Assembly (NCBI GenBank): GCA_044373665.1
Contig: JBIPNH010000003.1
Span: 2,196-66,195 of the forward strand
Direction: 5' to 3'
Length of the DNA stretch: 64,000 bases
Source of the DNA: Bacteroidia bacterium
GTDB taxonomy: Bacteria > Bacteroidota > Bacteroidia > NS11-12g > UBA955
The position numbers and the translations under genes are program-made. Numbering within the stretch: the first letter of the stretch is position 1; every line of letters starts with the position of its first letter. Positions 27,501 through 35,637 of the stretch are shown here, piece by piece. Below the pieces are notes generated by a model that was not told the origin of the DNA, searched no databases, and saw only the letters and a list, made by a program, of their open reading frames with translations.

Positions 27501-27891
27501 GTTGAGCTATTATAGAGAACACCAATTCTTCATAAAACACTTGAGCATCATTGGCAGAGGCAAAATAATTGTGCTTTTGACCCCACTGTCTCCAGCAATC
27601 AGCCAAACGGTGAGCAACTTGTTTCACACTAGTTTCACTTCCCAGTGAACCATCTTCTAATGGCACACCTGCTTTTCTAAAATACTTTTGAGCTAAAATA
27701 TCTGTAGCCACCTGACTCCAAGAAGCAGGTACTTCTACATTTTTCATTTCAAACACCACATCACCATTAGGATTCTTAATGGCAGAAGTACGGTATTCAT
27801 ATTGGAATAAGTCAAAAGGGGAAACGCCCTCTTTGGTGTTTAGCCTCTCAAATTTGAGGCCTTTTTTCATTTGGTCAAGGTTTTGCTGCAT
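24559..27891 (-). CDS. nrdJ: adenosylcobalamin-dependent (class II) ribonucleotide reductase
   Basis: Motifs [30 protein letters not shown] and SKTINLP, plus a C-terminal Cys-rich tail CKSCG...CYTCLTCG. Length is 1110 aa. Confidence 0.9.
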   Translation of the reverse strand: [1110 protein letters not shown]

Positions 27892-28147
27892 ACGCTATAT
27901 GGTTTATTTTTTTGTAATCAATTGGTTTTAAAATAAAAAGACTTCGATGCATTTTCTGCAAAGAAGTCCTTCAAAACTAATCTTATTCAATGGACAATTT
28001 AAAATGGACTTTTCCACATAAATTGCAAAACCCTTTACTGATGTTATTTTTGCTATGTTGAAAACAAAAATTAAGAGTTATTTTACTTGTTTTTTAAAAA
28101 AATGTGTTACTTTTACCCTCCGTATTTAATAACTATTCTAGGTTTTC

Positions 28148-28912
28148 ATGTCCCAATTTACAACAAAACTAATAACTTGTCAAATCGACCAAAAAAAAGC
28201 GCTTGCAGTGTTGATAGACCCTGACAAAAACAACGAAAGTGTCTCAAATATTGCACAACTTTGTGAGCAAAATCAGGTTGATTTTATTTTAGTTGGTGGT
28301 AGTCTTTTGAGCAGCAATAATTTACAAAACACCATCCTGAGTATTAAACAACATTATTCTGGTTTTGTTTATTTATTCCCTGGAAATGAAATGATGATTG
28401 CCCCCGAAGCGGATGGTATTCTATTTTTATCTTTGTTAAGTGGCAGAAATCCAGAATATTTAATTGGCAAACATGTTAATGCTGCCCCATTATTAATTCA
28501 AAGTAATTTGGATGTGGTACCTACAGCCTACATTCTTATTGATGGTGGTCGCGAAACCAGTGTATCCTACATGAGTAATACCAAACCTATTCCTTCCGAC
28601 AAACCCGATATTGCAACTGCAACGGCCCTAGCCGGACAACTGCTTGGTTTCCAGTGTACATACATGGATGCAGGCAGTGGTGCCTTACACGCCATTCCAG
28701 AAGACGTAATAAGAAAAGTTAAAAATCACACCCGTTTGCCTCTCATTATTGGTGGTGGCATCAAAAACAATCAAAATGCGCTTGTTGCCTATAATGCCGG
28801 TGCCGACCTGTTGGTAATTGGAAATGGCGTGGAGGACAATAGCAATCTTATTGAAACTATCTCTAAAGTAAAACATCAGTTAAACACTCAAACATTATCA
28901 CAAAATTCTTAA
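28148..28912 (+). CDS. geranylgeranylglyceryl phosphate synthase family protein (PcrB/GGGPS-like TIM barrel)
   Basis: LIDPDK ... FILVGGS ... YMDAGSG ... PLIIGGGIK ... LLVIGNGVE matches the GGGPS/PcrB pattern. Confidence 0.8.
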   Translation: MSQFTTKLITCQIDQKKALAVLIDPDKNNESVSNIAQLCEQNQVDFILVGGSLLSSNNLQNTILSIKQHYSGFVYLFPGNEMMIAPEADGILFLSLLSGRNPEYLIGKHVNAAPLLIQSNLDVVPTAYILIDGGRETSVSYMSNTKPIPSDKPDIATATALAGQLLGFQCTYMDAGSGALHAIPEDVIRKVKNHTRLPLIIGGGIKNNQNALVAYNAGADLLVIGNGVEDNSNLIETISKVKHQLNTQTLSQNS

Positions 28913-28955
28913 AAAAGTTTCCATACCGAAATATTGGTGGTTTTTAGGACTTGGC

Positions 28956-30389
28956 TTGCTCTTTATATTATTCCCCAATCCTAATCCACACATTGATGCA
29001 TGGTATTATGCGGCTTGTGTCAAACATCAAGAAGATTTATTGATGAATCATCATCTTCTTTACAATTTAGCTGGTTTCGTTTGGCATCAAATAATCTCGT
29101 TTTTTATTCCACAAATTGAGGCAATGACAAGCTTAAATCTATTAAACAGTTTGTGTGGCACCGCTTCTCTATTTTGCATTTATTCTATTTTCATTAAGCT
29201 CAATTCACAAAAAAACCAAGCATTTCTACTGAGTTTACTTTGTGGCGTTTGTTTTGGTTTTTGGCGTTATTCTATAGAAGCCGAAACCTATATCATTCCT
29301 TTATTCCTTTCTTTACTTTCTACTAACTTATACTTTAACAAATCAAAATGGTTGTTGTCGGGATTATTGGCCGCACTAAGCATCTTGTTCCATCAGGTAC
29401 ATTTGTGGTGGGGATTGGCCTTTGTATTTGGGCTCTATTTTTCTGATTCATCCGTAAAGGAGAAATTCAAATTCATTATCCCTTTTGCTATTATACCAAT
29501 TGTGTATGTTTTAGTGTTTTTGACCCAGTCTACACACGACTCTTTTTTTACTTTTATACTTGGCGAGTATCAGGGTGGACATGCTTCCATTCAAATAAAG
29601 CCAATGTCGTTTGTGTTAACAGGTGTTAATTTTTTCCGTTCTTTTATACAATTACATGGCGAAATAATGATTTTCATTGTCACCTATTTTGAAATATTTA
29701 TTTTTTTGTTGTTGCTTGCCTTTTATTTTGGTGTTAAAACATGGTCGAACCGTTCAAATTATCAATTTAACCGAATAACTACGGCATATTCACATGTAAA
29801 ATGGGGACTTATTTTGGCTTTTATTTTTCATTTATTGTTTGCCTTTTTATCCGACGGCAATGTTGAATTTATGGTTATGTTGCCTTTTCTAATTGTTGCT
29901 ATCTTGGTTTCCAAATTCCAAATTCAGGCACAAGGGCTGTTAAGATATTGTGTAACAGTATTGTTTATATGGAACTTTTCATTTGGGATTCTTATTCACT
30001 ATATATTTAACACGAACAACTCCCAAACACAAGTAAAAATAGCCTTGGAACATCCCAACGACCTTTTTATTTGGAGCAATCAGCCACTTATTCAAAATCA
30101 AATTATTTACAAGAAGGGATTTCAGTATCATAGCAACTTTGTAAAACACGACACGGTTCAATCGGGTACATTATATTTAGCCATGAAAAACGGTAAACGG
30201 GTTTTTACTGATTTGGGAATTAAAAAAAGCAGTTGGTCACGAGCAGGTATGATAAGTAAACAAGAAAATAATGCTTTTTTAAAGTACTTTAATACTCGAA
30301 ATATTGACTCATTTGAAAATATCTACGGGAAAAATTACATAGAAGAATTGATACTGAGTGATAAATTACTATTTTTGCAGGTACAATAA
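28956..30389 (+). CDS. polytopic integral membrane protein (possibly a GT-C-type glycosyltransferase-like protein)
   Basis: More than 10 hydrophobic segments and a soluble C-terminal ~100 aa. TTG start. The functional call is tentative. Confidence 0.35.
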   Translation: MLFILFPNPNPHIDAWYYAACVKHQEDLLMNHHLLYNLAGFVWHQIISFFIPQIEAMTSLNLLNSLCGTASLFCIYSIFIKLNSQKNQAFLLSLLCGVCFGFWRYSIEAETYIIPLFLSLLSTNLYFNKSKWLLSGLLAALSILFHQVHLWWGLAFVFGLYFSDSSVKEKFKFIIPFAIIPIVYVLVFLTQSTHDSFFTFILGEYQGGHASIQIKPMSFVLTGVNFFRSFIQLHGEIMIFIVTYFEIFIFLLLLAFYFGVKTWSNRSNYQFNRITTAYSHVKWGLILAFIFHLLFAFLSDGNVEFMVMLPFLIVAILVSKFQIQAQGLLRYCVTVLFIWNFSFGILIHYIFNTNNSQTQVKIALEHPNDLFIWSNQPLIQNQIIYKKGFQYHSNFVKHDTVQSGTLYLAMKNGKRVFTDLGIKKSSWSRAGMISKQENNAFLKYFNTRNIDSFENIYGKNYIEELILSDKLLFLQVQ

Positions 30390-30390
30390 A

Positions 30391-31545
30391 ATGCTTCCTT
30401 CAACAATAAAAATCGGAATAATAGGTGGTGGTCAATTGGGAAAAATGCTCATAGAAGCCGGTAAACCATGGAATATCCATTACACGATATTAGAAACCGA
30501 TAATGCCCCTGCACAACAAATTGCAAACGAACATATTGTGGGTCATTTGTATGATTCAGAAAAAATAAAACTATTGGCAGAATGTAGTGATGTAATTACT
30601 TACGAGATAGAACACATTGATACCCAAACTTTACTTGAATTAGAAGCTTCAGGTAAACGAATTATACCATCTCCACAGTTGTTGCAAATTATCCAAGACA
30701 AAGGATTACAAAAAGATTTTTTCAGCAAGCATTACATAGCTACTGCGCCCTATTTATTGGCAGACAACAGAGCAGATTGTGCAGAAAAAGTAAAAACCTT
30801 TAACAGTGAAAAGGTCGCAATAAAATTACGCAAGGGTGGTTACGATGGCAAGGGGGTTGAATTACTTTCGAAAGCCGAAATCATAAACAACCCAATGTGC
30901 ATTCCATTTGATGAACCTTGTGTAATAGAAGCTTTTGTTCCCAATGCAATAGAAATTGCCATTATTGTGGCTCGAAACGAACAAGGAGAAGTTAATACTT
31001 TCCCCTCTGTCGAAATGGAATTTAATCCTAAAACTAATTTAGTTGAGTTTTTATTTTCTCCTGCAAACATCAGTAAAGAAATAGAACAAAATGCCAAATT
31101 ATTGGCTATAAAATGTGTAGAAAAATTAAATGGAGTCGGAATTTTTGCCATTGAAATGTTTTTGGACAAAAACAATGAATTATACGTCAATGAAATTGCC
31201 CCACGACCGCACAACAGTGGTCACCACACCATAGAGGCTTGTTACACGAGTCAGTACGAACAATTAAACCGCATCTTATTAAAAATGCCTTTGGGTTCAA
31301 CTGAATTAATTCAACCGGCTGCAATGTTAAATTTACTTGGTGCTGAGGGTGTTAATGGGAAATACGAATTAACAGGACTAGATCAATTACTGTCCACAGA
31401 GGGTATTTATATTCATTTGTATAATAAAGAAACAAGCAAACCGCACCGCAAAATGGGTCACATTACTGTTTTGGGAGCAACGATAGAAGAAGTAAAAGAA
31501 AAGGCTACCTTTGTACAAAATAATATTGGTATGAAAGCTTTATAG
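30391..31545 (+). CDS. purK: N5-carboxyaminoimidazole ribonucleotide synthase
   Basis: IGIIGGGQLGKM, an ATP-grasp core, NEIAPRPHNSGH, and HLYNKETSKPHRKMGHIT. Start at the ATG at 30391. Confidence 0.9.
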   Translation: MLPSTIKIGIIGGGQLGKMLIEAGKPWNIHYTILETDNAPAQQIANEHIVGHLYDSEKIKLLAECSDVITYEIEHIDTQTLLELEASGKRIIPSPQLLQIIQDKGLQKDFFSKHYIATAPYLLADNRADCAEKVKTFNSEKVAIKLRKGGYDGKGVELLSKAEIINNPMCIPFDEPCVIEAFVPNAIEIAIIVARNEQGEVNTFPSVEMEFNPKTNLVEFLFSPANISKEIEQNAKLLAIKCVEKLNGVGIFAIEMFLDKNNELYVNEIAPRPHNSGHHTIEACYTSQYEQLNRILLKMPLGSTELIQPAAMLNLLGAEGVNGKYELTGLDQLLSTEGIYIHLYNKETSKPHRKMGHITVLGATIEEVKEKATFVQNNIGMKAL

Positions 31546-31580
31546 AAATTGATAAAAAGATAAATTTAACATAAAAGAAT

Positions 31581-32093
31581 ATGGCAGATGTTTTAATAAT
31601 TATGGGTTCAGACAGCGACTTACCTGTTATGAAAGAGGCCGCAGTAGTACTTGAAGAATTAGGTGTAAGTTTTAAAATCAGTATTGTTAGTGCACACCGT
31701 ACACCAAAACGCATGTTTACTGAGGCACAAAATGCAAAAAAAAATGGCCACAAATGCATCATTGCTGGTGCAGGTGGTGCGGCACATTTACCGGGCATGA
31801 CGGCTAGTTTAACAGAACTACCTGTTATTGGTGTCCCAATAAGATTAAATGTATTAAGTGGGATTGACGCACTTTACAGTATTGTTCAAATGCCTCCTGG
31901 AGTGCCGGTAGCAACAATGTCTATAGATGGCGCAAAAAATGCAGGTTTATTTGCTGCTAAAATTTTAGCTATTAATGATTCAAAAATTGCTAACAACCTA
32001 AAAAAATTCTCCAGTAAACTTGAAGAAGTTGTTTTAGAAAAAGCCACTCAACTGGAGCGTGACGGTTATCAAAAATATCTCAGCAGAAAATGA
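31581..32093 (+). CDS. purE: N5-carboxyaminoimidazole ribonucleotide mutase
   Basis: IIMGSDSDLPVM...SAHRTP...AGGAAHLPG motifs. Confidence 0.92.
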   Translation: MADVLIIMGSDSDLPVMKEAAVVLEELGVSFKISIVSAHRTPKRMFTEAQNAKKNGHKCIIAGAGGAAHLPGMTASLTELPVIGVPIRLNVLSGIDALYSIVQMPPGVPVATMSIDGAKNAGLFAAKILAINDSKIANNLKKFSSKLEEVVLEKATQLERDGYQKYLSRK

Positions 32094-32668
32094 TCATTGA
32101 GCTTGGAGATACGCTCATTTCCACTGAGATATTTGACACCAATTTTGTTTGCAACTTAAGTAAATGTAAAGGCGCTTGTTGTATTGAAGGCAACAGAGGT
32201 GCACCATTGGAGATAGAGGAAATCAATGCTTACCAAAGGGAATGGAAAAACCTATCACCCTATTTAAATGAGCAAAGTGCCAAACTTTTTGAAAAAGAAG
32301 GCTTTTATGAAGGGGATGATTTTATTGAATATGCCACAACTTGTCACCCTACAGGCGAATGTATTTTTGCCTACCGTAACGATGGTTGTCTTAGTTGTGG
32401 AATAGAAAAAGCTTATAAAGAAAAAGCCATAGAAACCGCTAAACCTATCAGCTGCCATTTATATCCTATTCGTTTGGGTAAAGTGGGCCTATACACAACA
32501 CTCAACTATCACAAATGGGATATTTGCAGTGCGGCATGTTCCCTTGGTGATGAACTAAAAGTTCCAGTTTTTAAATTTTTAAAAGAGCCTTTGGTTAGAC
32601 AATTCGGCATGGATTGGTATCAGGAACTTGAGAGTATTTATGAAGTTTGGCTCACAGAAAAAAAATAA
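32090..32668 (+). CDS. DUF3109 family Cys-rich protein
   Basis: CKGACCIEG and further conserved Cys residues. 192 aa. The 4-nt overlap with purE suggests co-transcription. Confidence 0.6.
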   Translation: MIIELGDTLISTEIFDTNFVCNLSKCKGACCIEGNRGAPLEIEEINAYQREWKNLSPYLNEQSAKLFEKEGFYEGDDFIEYATTCHPTGECIFAYRNDGCLSCGIEKAYKEKAIETAKPISCHLYPIRLGKVGLYTTLNYHKWDICSAACSLGDELKVPVFKFLKEPLVRQFGMDWYQELESIYEVWLTEKK

Positions 32669-32680
32669 AAAACTATAGCG

Positions 32681-33301
32681 TTGACAAAGGCAGAATTAAC
32701 CGAAAAAATAAAACCTTTTCTTCCCTTAGGTACTGAAAACTATGTAGTAGATTTACTTATTCAGTATAAAATTCAACTTAGATTAAGCAAACCCCGAATC
32801 AGCAAATATGGCGATTACAGAGCGCCATTTAAAAACGAGAAAAACCACCGAATTTCCGTTAATAAGAACTTAAATCCCTATGCTTTTATCACTACTTTTT
32901 TGCACGAAGTGGCGCACTTAGTGGCTTTTGAAAAATTCAGAAACAAGATAGACCCGCATGGTAAAGAATGGAAACATGAGTTTAAATTGCTTTTAGAACC
33001 ATTAATCAGTCACCACCAGTTGCCCGACGATGTTGCACAAGCACTCAAAGCATACATGCACGACCCTTCTGCCAGTAGTTGTAGCGACCAAAACCTGAGT
33101 AAAGTTCTGTCAATGTACGACAAAGACCAAAAACTACTGCTTGAAACCTTATCGATTGGTTCAGTTTTTAGAATAGAGAGTGGCAGAGTGTTTAAGAAAG
33201 GGAAAACACTTAGAACTTGGGTTCAATGTATCGAAATAAAAAGTGGTAAAGAATACAGAATTAGCGGAATATGCAAGGTGGAGGAAATCGAAAACTTATA
33301 A
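32681..33301 (+). CDS. SprT-like zinc-metalloprotease-fold protein
   Basis: HExxH motif in TFLHEVAHLVAF, followed by HGKEWK. TTG start. Confidence 0.6.
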   Translation: MTKAELTEKIKPFLPLGTENYVVDLLIQYKIQLRLSKPRISKYGDYRAPFKNEKNHRISVNKNLNPYAFITTFLHEVAHLVAFEKFRNKIDPHGKEWKHEFKLLLEPLISHHQLPDDVAQALKAYMHDPSASSCSDQNLSKVLSMYDKDQKLLLETLSIGSVFRIESGRVFKKGKTLRTWVQCIEIKSGKEYRISGICKVEEIENL

Positions 33302-33514
33302 GTCCCACACTGCTGTGCGTTTTTCGTAATAATAGTTTTTGATATTCATCCAAAAGGCTAAAATCATGTAAATAATTATTGGAGAGCCTAGAGTTAAAAA
33401 GGTGGTATAAATAAAAAACAAACGGATTCTTTTGGTGCACAAGCCCATTTTATCTCCTATTTTAGAGCAAACACCAAAGGCTTTCTGTTCGATTAAACTT
33501 TTAAAAATTTGCAT
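33296..33514 (-). CDS. small PspC domain-containing membrane protein
   Basis: 72 aa; AFGVCSKIGDKMGLCTKRIRLFFIYTTF followed by a TM helix. Confidence 0.55.
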   Translation of the reverse strand: MQIFKSLIEQKAFGVCSKIGDKMGLCTKRIRLFFIYTTFLTLGSPIIIYMILAFWMNIKNYYYEKRTAVWDL

Positions 33515-33610
33515 TCAACAAAAATAGTAAAAAAGGATTAAAGTTTAATTTTAATTTTTTAATCTCAAACCCTACTTTATTAAAAAAAGATTACTTCCTC
33601 AAAATCAATT

Positions 33611-34003
33611 CTATGAAACCAGAAAATACTTGATTTGAGTGAGTAATATATTGATTAAAAAATGACTGTAAGCCATGGCATTATTTTTACTCAAATAAAA
33701 GATACCTAAAGACAAATTTAACCCATACAATACTAAAAAATACAACGAACCTAATGAACCTATATACAAAATAGTTAAAATAAAAGAAAGTGAAACTGAC
33801 AACACAACACTAGACGCTATAGACATCAATCCTGTTTTATGGATTATTTGAGTTAAAATTTTATAGGGGTTATAATACATTATAAATACAACATAGGGTA
33901 TTACAACCATTAATCTGCCCATTACATTGATTTGATGTAATAAGAGTACAACTATTAAACCAATTAGAATTAGGTTTTCGTATTTTGATTTTATGGTATT
34001 CAT
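33611..34003 (-). CDS. hypothetical integral membrane protein (4 TM)
   Basis: 130 aa and highly hydrophobic. Preceded by the tRNA-half-like element at 34018-34080. Confidence 0.45.
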   Translation of the reverse strand: MNTIKSKYENLILIGLIVVLLLHQINVMGRLMVVIPYVVFIMYYNPYKILTQIIHKTGLMSIASSVVLSVSLSFILTILYIGSLGSLYFLVLYGLNLSLGIFYLSKNNAMAYSHFLINILLTQIKYFLVS

Positions 34004-34017
34004 GTTTTATATTTAAT

Positions 34018-34080
34018 GCTTACTCTTACCTCCCGATAGCTATCGCGAGAGCATTCAGGGTATTGGGGTCGGGTGAGCGG
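34018..34080 (-). repeat. tRNA 5'-half-like repeat element 1 (with 18-bp palindrome insert)
   Basis: Minus-strand reading: ccgctcacccgaccccaat-accctgaatgctc-TCGCGATAGCTATCGGGA-ggtaagagtaagc, ending 14 nt before the ATG at 34003. It shares modules with 34983-35032 and 46018-46063. Confidence 0.7.
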
Positions 34081-34098
34081 CAATAAGGATGTCATCTT

Positions 34099-34148
34099 AA
34101 AAAAAACATTGTTACCGCAAGTATTTATTAGTACTTACGGCAACAATG
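34099..34148 (-). terminator. rho-independent terminator of the 34958->34181 operon
   Basis: A 17-bp stem (cattgttgccgtaagta/tacttgcggtaacaatg). The two mismatches are G-U pairs only on the minus strand. It is followed by a run of 8 U on the minus strand. Confidence 0.8.
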
Positions 34149-34180
34149 CATAAGTTTATTAATTTTTTTGTTTTCAATTT

Positions 34181-34567
34181 TCAGGGCGTTTTCAAACTTT
34201 TGCTCAAGTAATAGTTTCCTTCATTAAAACTCAAGACTAACTTGTTATCAGAATTTAGAAACAAAGCTTTATTTTCACCAATTAAAATAGAGTCACCCCC
34301 AATAAATTGAATAATTTCTTGTTCTTCCAACTCCATTGATGGTGTATATATTTGCAACTTTTCTTCTGAAAATTTAAAAATCATTCCCGAATAATCAACC
34401 GAAGTTAAAAGGAGATCTTCAATTTTATTTATGTTATCAGATGTCCTCACAAAACTATCTACACGCCAAATCCCAATTATTGAAGAATCAACTGAAACTT
34501 GATTGGGTTTATTATTACAAGAAATAATTAAACAACCCATTACTAAGACTATTATTTTACTATTCAT
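34181..34567 (-). CDS. hypothetical lipoprotein
   Basis: Lipobox LIISC in MNSKIIVLVMGCLIISCNNK. 128 aa. Overlaps the upstream gene by 8 nt. Confidence 0.55.
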   Translation of the reverse strand: MNSKIIVLVMGCLIISCNNKPNQVSVDSSIIGIWRVDSFVRTSDNINKIEDLLLTSVDYSGMIFKFSEEKLQIYTPSMELEEQEIIQFIGGDSILIGENKALFLNSDNKLVLSFNEGNYYLSKSLKTP

Positions 34568-34958
34568 TTGTATTTGCAGTTATCTTTTTCATTTCAACGA
34601 TAATATTTCCCCATGGTATAACATCTAATGGTTCCTCTATGCCTGTTTCACTAAATACATTCATTTTGTACCCATTACTTTCATTTCCAGTTTTTCCTCC
34701 ATTTCCGCTTTGATATGCAATTCCAACAAAATGATGTTTTTTCCCATCTCCATCTGTTACCCACAAATCCCAATGTTCTAAACTTGGAGGACAACACATA
34801 TCTACTTCGATCCAACCTTTAATTTCCCATGTTTTTCCATTGGCGTCCTTTACAGTAGTATTAATTTGTATTTTTTTTGCTGAAACATCATTTACAAATC
34901 CTACTAATCCAAAAAACATTAAGACAGAGAGGAGAGACAATTTTACTACTTTTTTCAT
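34560..34958 (-). CDS. hypothetical secreted protein
   Basis: Signal peptide ending VSAKK. 132 aa. No recognisable domain. Confidence 0.5.
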   Translation of the reverse strand: MKKVVKLSLLSVLMFFGLVGFVNDVSAKKIQINTTVKDANGKTWEIKGWIEVDMCCPPSLEHWDLWVTDGDGKKHHFVGIAYQSGNGGKTGNESNGYKMNVFSETGIEEPLDVIPWGNIIVEMKKITANTNE

Positions 34959-34982
34959 GACTTTTTTTATATTTATTTTTTT

Positions 34983-35032
34983 GCTTACTCTTACCTTTTT
35001 CAGCTTTCAGGGTATCGGGGTCGGGTGAGCGG
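34983..35032 (-). repeat. tRNA 5'-half-like repeat element 2 (no palindrome insert)
   Basis: Minus-strand reading: ccgctcacccgaccccgat-accctgaaagctg-aaaaa-ggtaagagtaagc, ending 24 nt before the ATG at 34958. Confidence 0.7.
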
Positions 35033-35088
35033 CCGTCTCTTTTGCCTTTCAACATTACAAATTAATATAGATTTTTTTTGAATAAAAA

Positions 35089-35140
35089 GGAATACTTTAT
35101 TCCACTTTTACTCTATTTTTTGGAATAAAAGTGGAATAAA
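35089..35140. promoter_or_regulatory. inverted-repeat operator candidate (GGAATA half-sites)
   Basis: Perfect 14-bp inverted repeat: ttattccactttta (35097-35110) / taaaagtggaataa (35126-35139), with a 15-nt spacer. Additional GGAATA copies lie at 35089, 35122 and 35133. It sits in the divergent region between the XRE gene and the 34958 operon. Confidence 0.45.
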
Positions 35141-35203
35141 TGCCAATAATGTCACAAATATGCTATATTGTTTAAAACAACTTTCTGTTATAAGTTTGTA
35201 ACA

Positions 35204-35632
35204 ATGAATAATGAAAACGATTGGATTTTGCCTAAAATTAAAAAACTAATAAGAGAAAAACAAACCAAACTAGAAATCTTAGCCAAATTTATCGGCATTT
35301 CTCAAGGTGAGTTTTCGAAAATATTAAATGGGGAAAGGCTTAATTACTATAAACACATCCCTGCCATAGCCGATTATTTTAACCTCTCTTTTTTGGAATT
35401 AGTAAAAAATGACCTTCCTAATCATTTTAATACTTCTACATCCGAAAACTCTGAGATATTTTTACTTAACAAATACATTACTCAATGTAATGAAACGATT
35501 AGTTCAAAAGATGCTACCATAAAAACTTTGGATGACTTGGTTAAATCTGAACGAGAAGCCAAAGAAAACTACAAACGGAAATACGAAAATTGTAAGGAAA
35601 AATTGAGACTGTCTGAGACTAAAAAATCTTAA
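35204..35632 (+). CDS. XRE-family helix-turn-helix protein with C-terminal coiled coil
   Basis: HTH segment KLEILAKFIGISQGEFSKILNGER and a charged helical C-terminus. Start taken at MNNENDW. Confidence 0.65.
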   Translation: MNNENDWILPKIKKLIREKQTKLEILAKFIGISQGEFSKILNGERLNYYKHIPAIADYFNLSFLELVKNDLPNHFNTSTSENSEIFLLNKYITQCNETISSKDATIKTLDDLVKSEREAKENYKRKYENCKEKLRLSETKKS

Positions 35633-35637
35633 ATCAA

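Noticed and set aside
24559-27891. Intein inside the unusually long (1110 aa) class II RNR
   Set aside because: No Cys/Ser...His-Asn splice-junction blocks or homing-endonuclease motifs are present. The extra length is a low-complexity linker (…[22 protein letters not shown]…) and the C-terminal Zn-finger tail.
27892-28147. Cobalamin riboswitch or NrdR box upstream of nrdJ
   Set aside because: The 256-bp leader is AT-rich with only a weak hairpin (gacttc...gaagtc). I could find no B12-box-like GCCACTG core or multi-stem GC-rich structure, and no recognisable NrdR-box pair.
30840-31798. Long antisense ORFs inside purK/purE (30840..31214, 31505..31798), and similar ones inside pepA (41515..41883), the RND genes, nrdJ, katG and others
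   Set aside because: All lie antisense to, or out of frame within, strongly supported conserved genes. Their composition is low-complexity and codon-mirror-like, so they are spurious.
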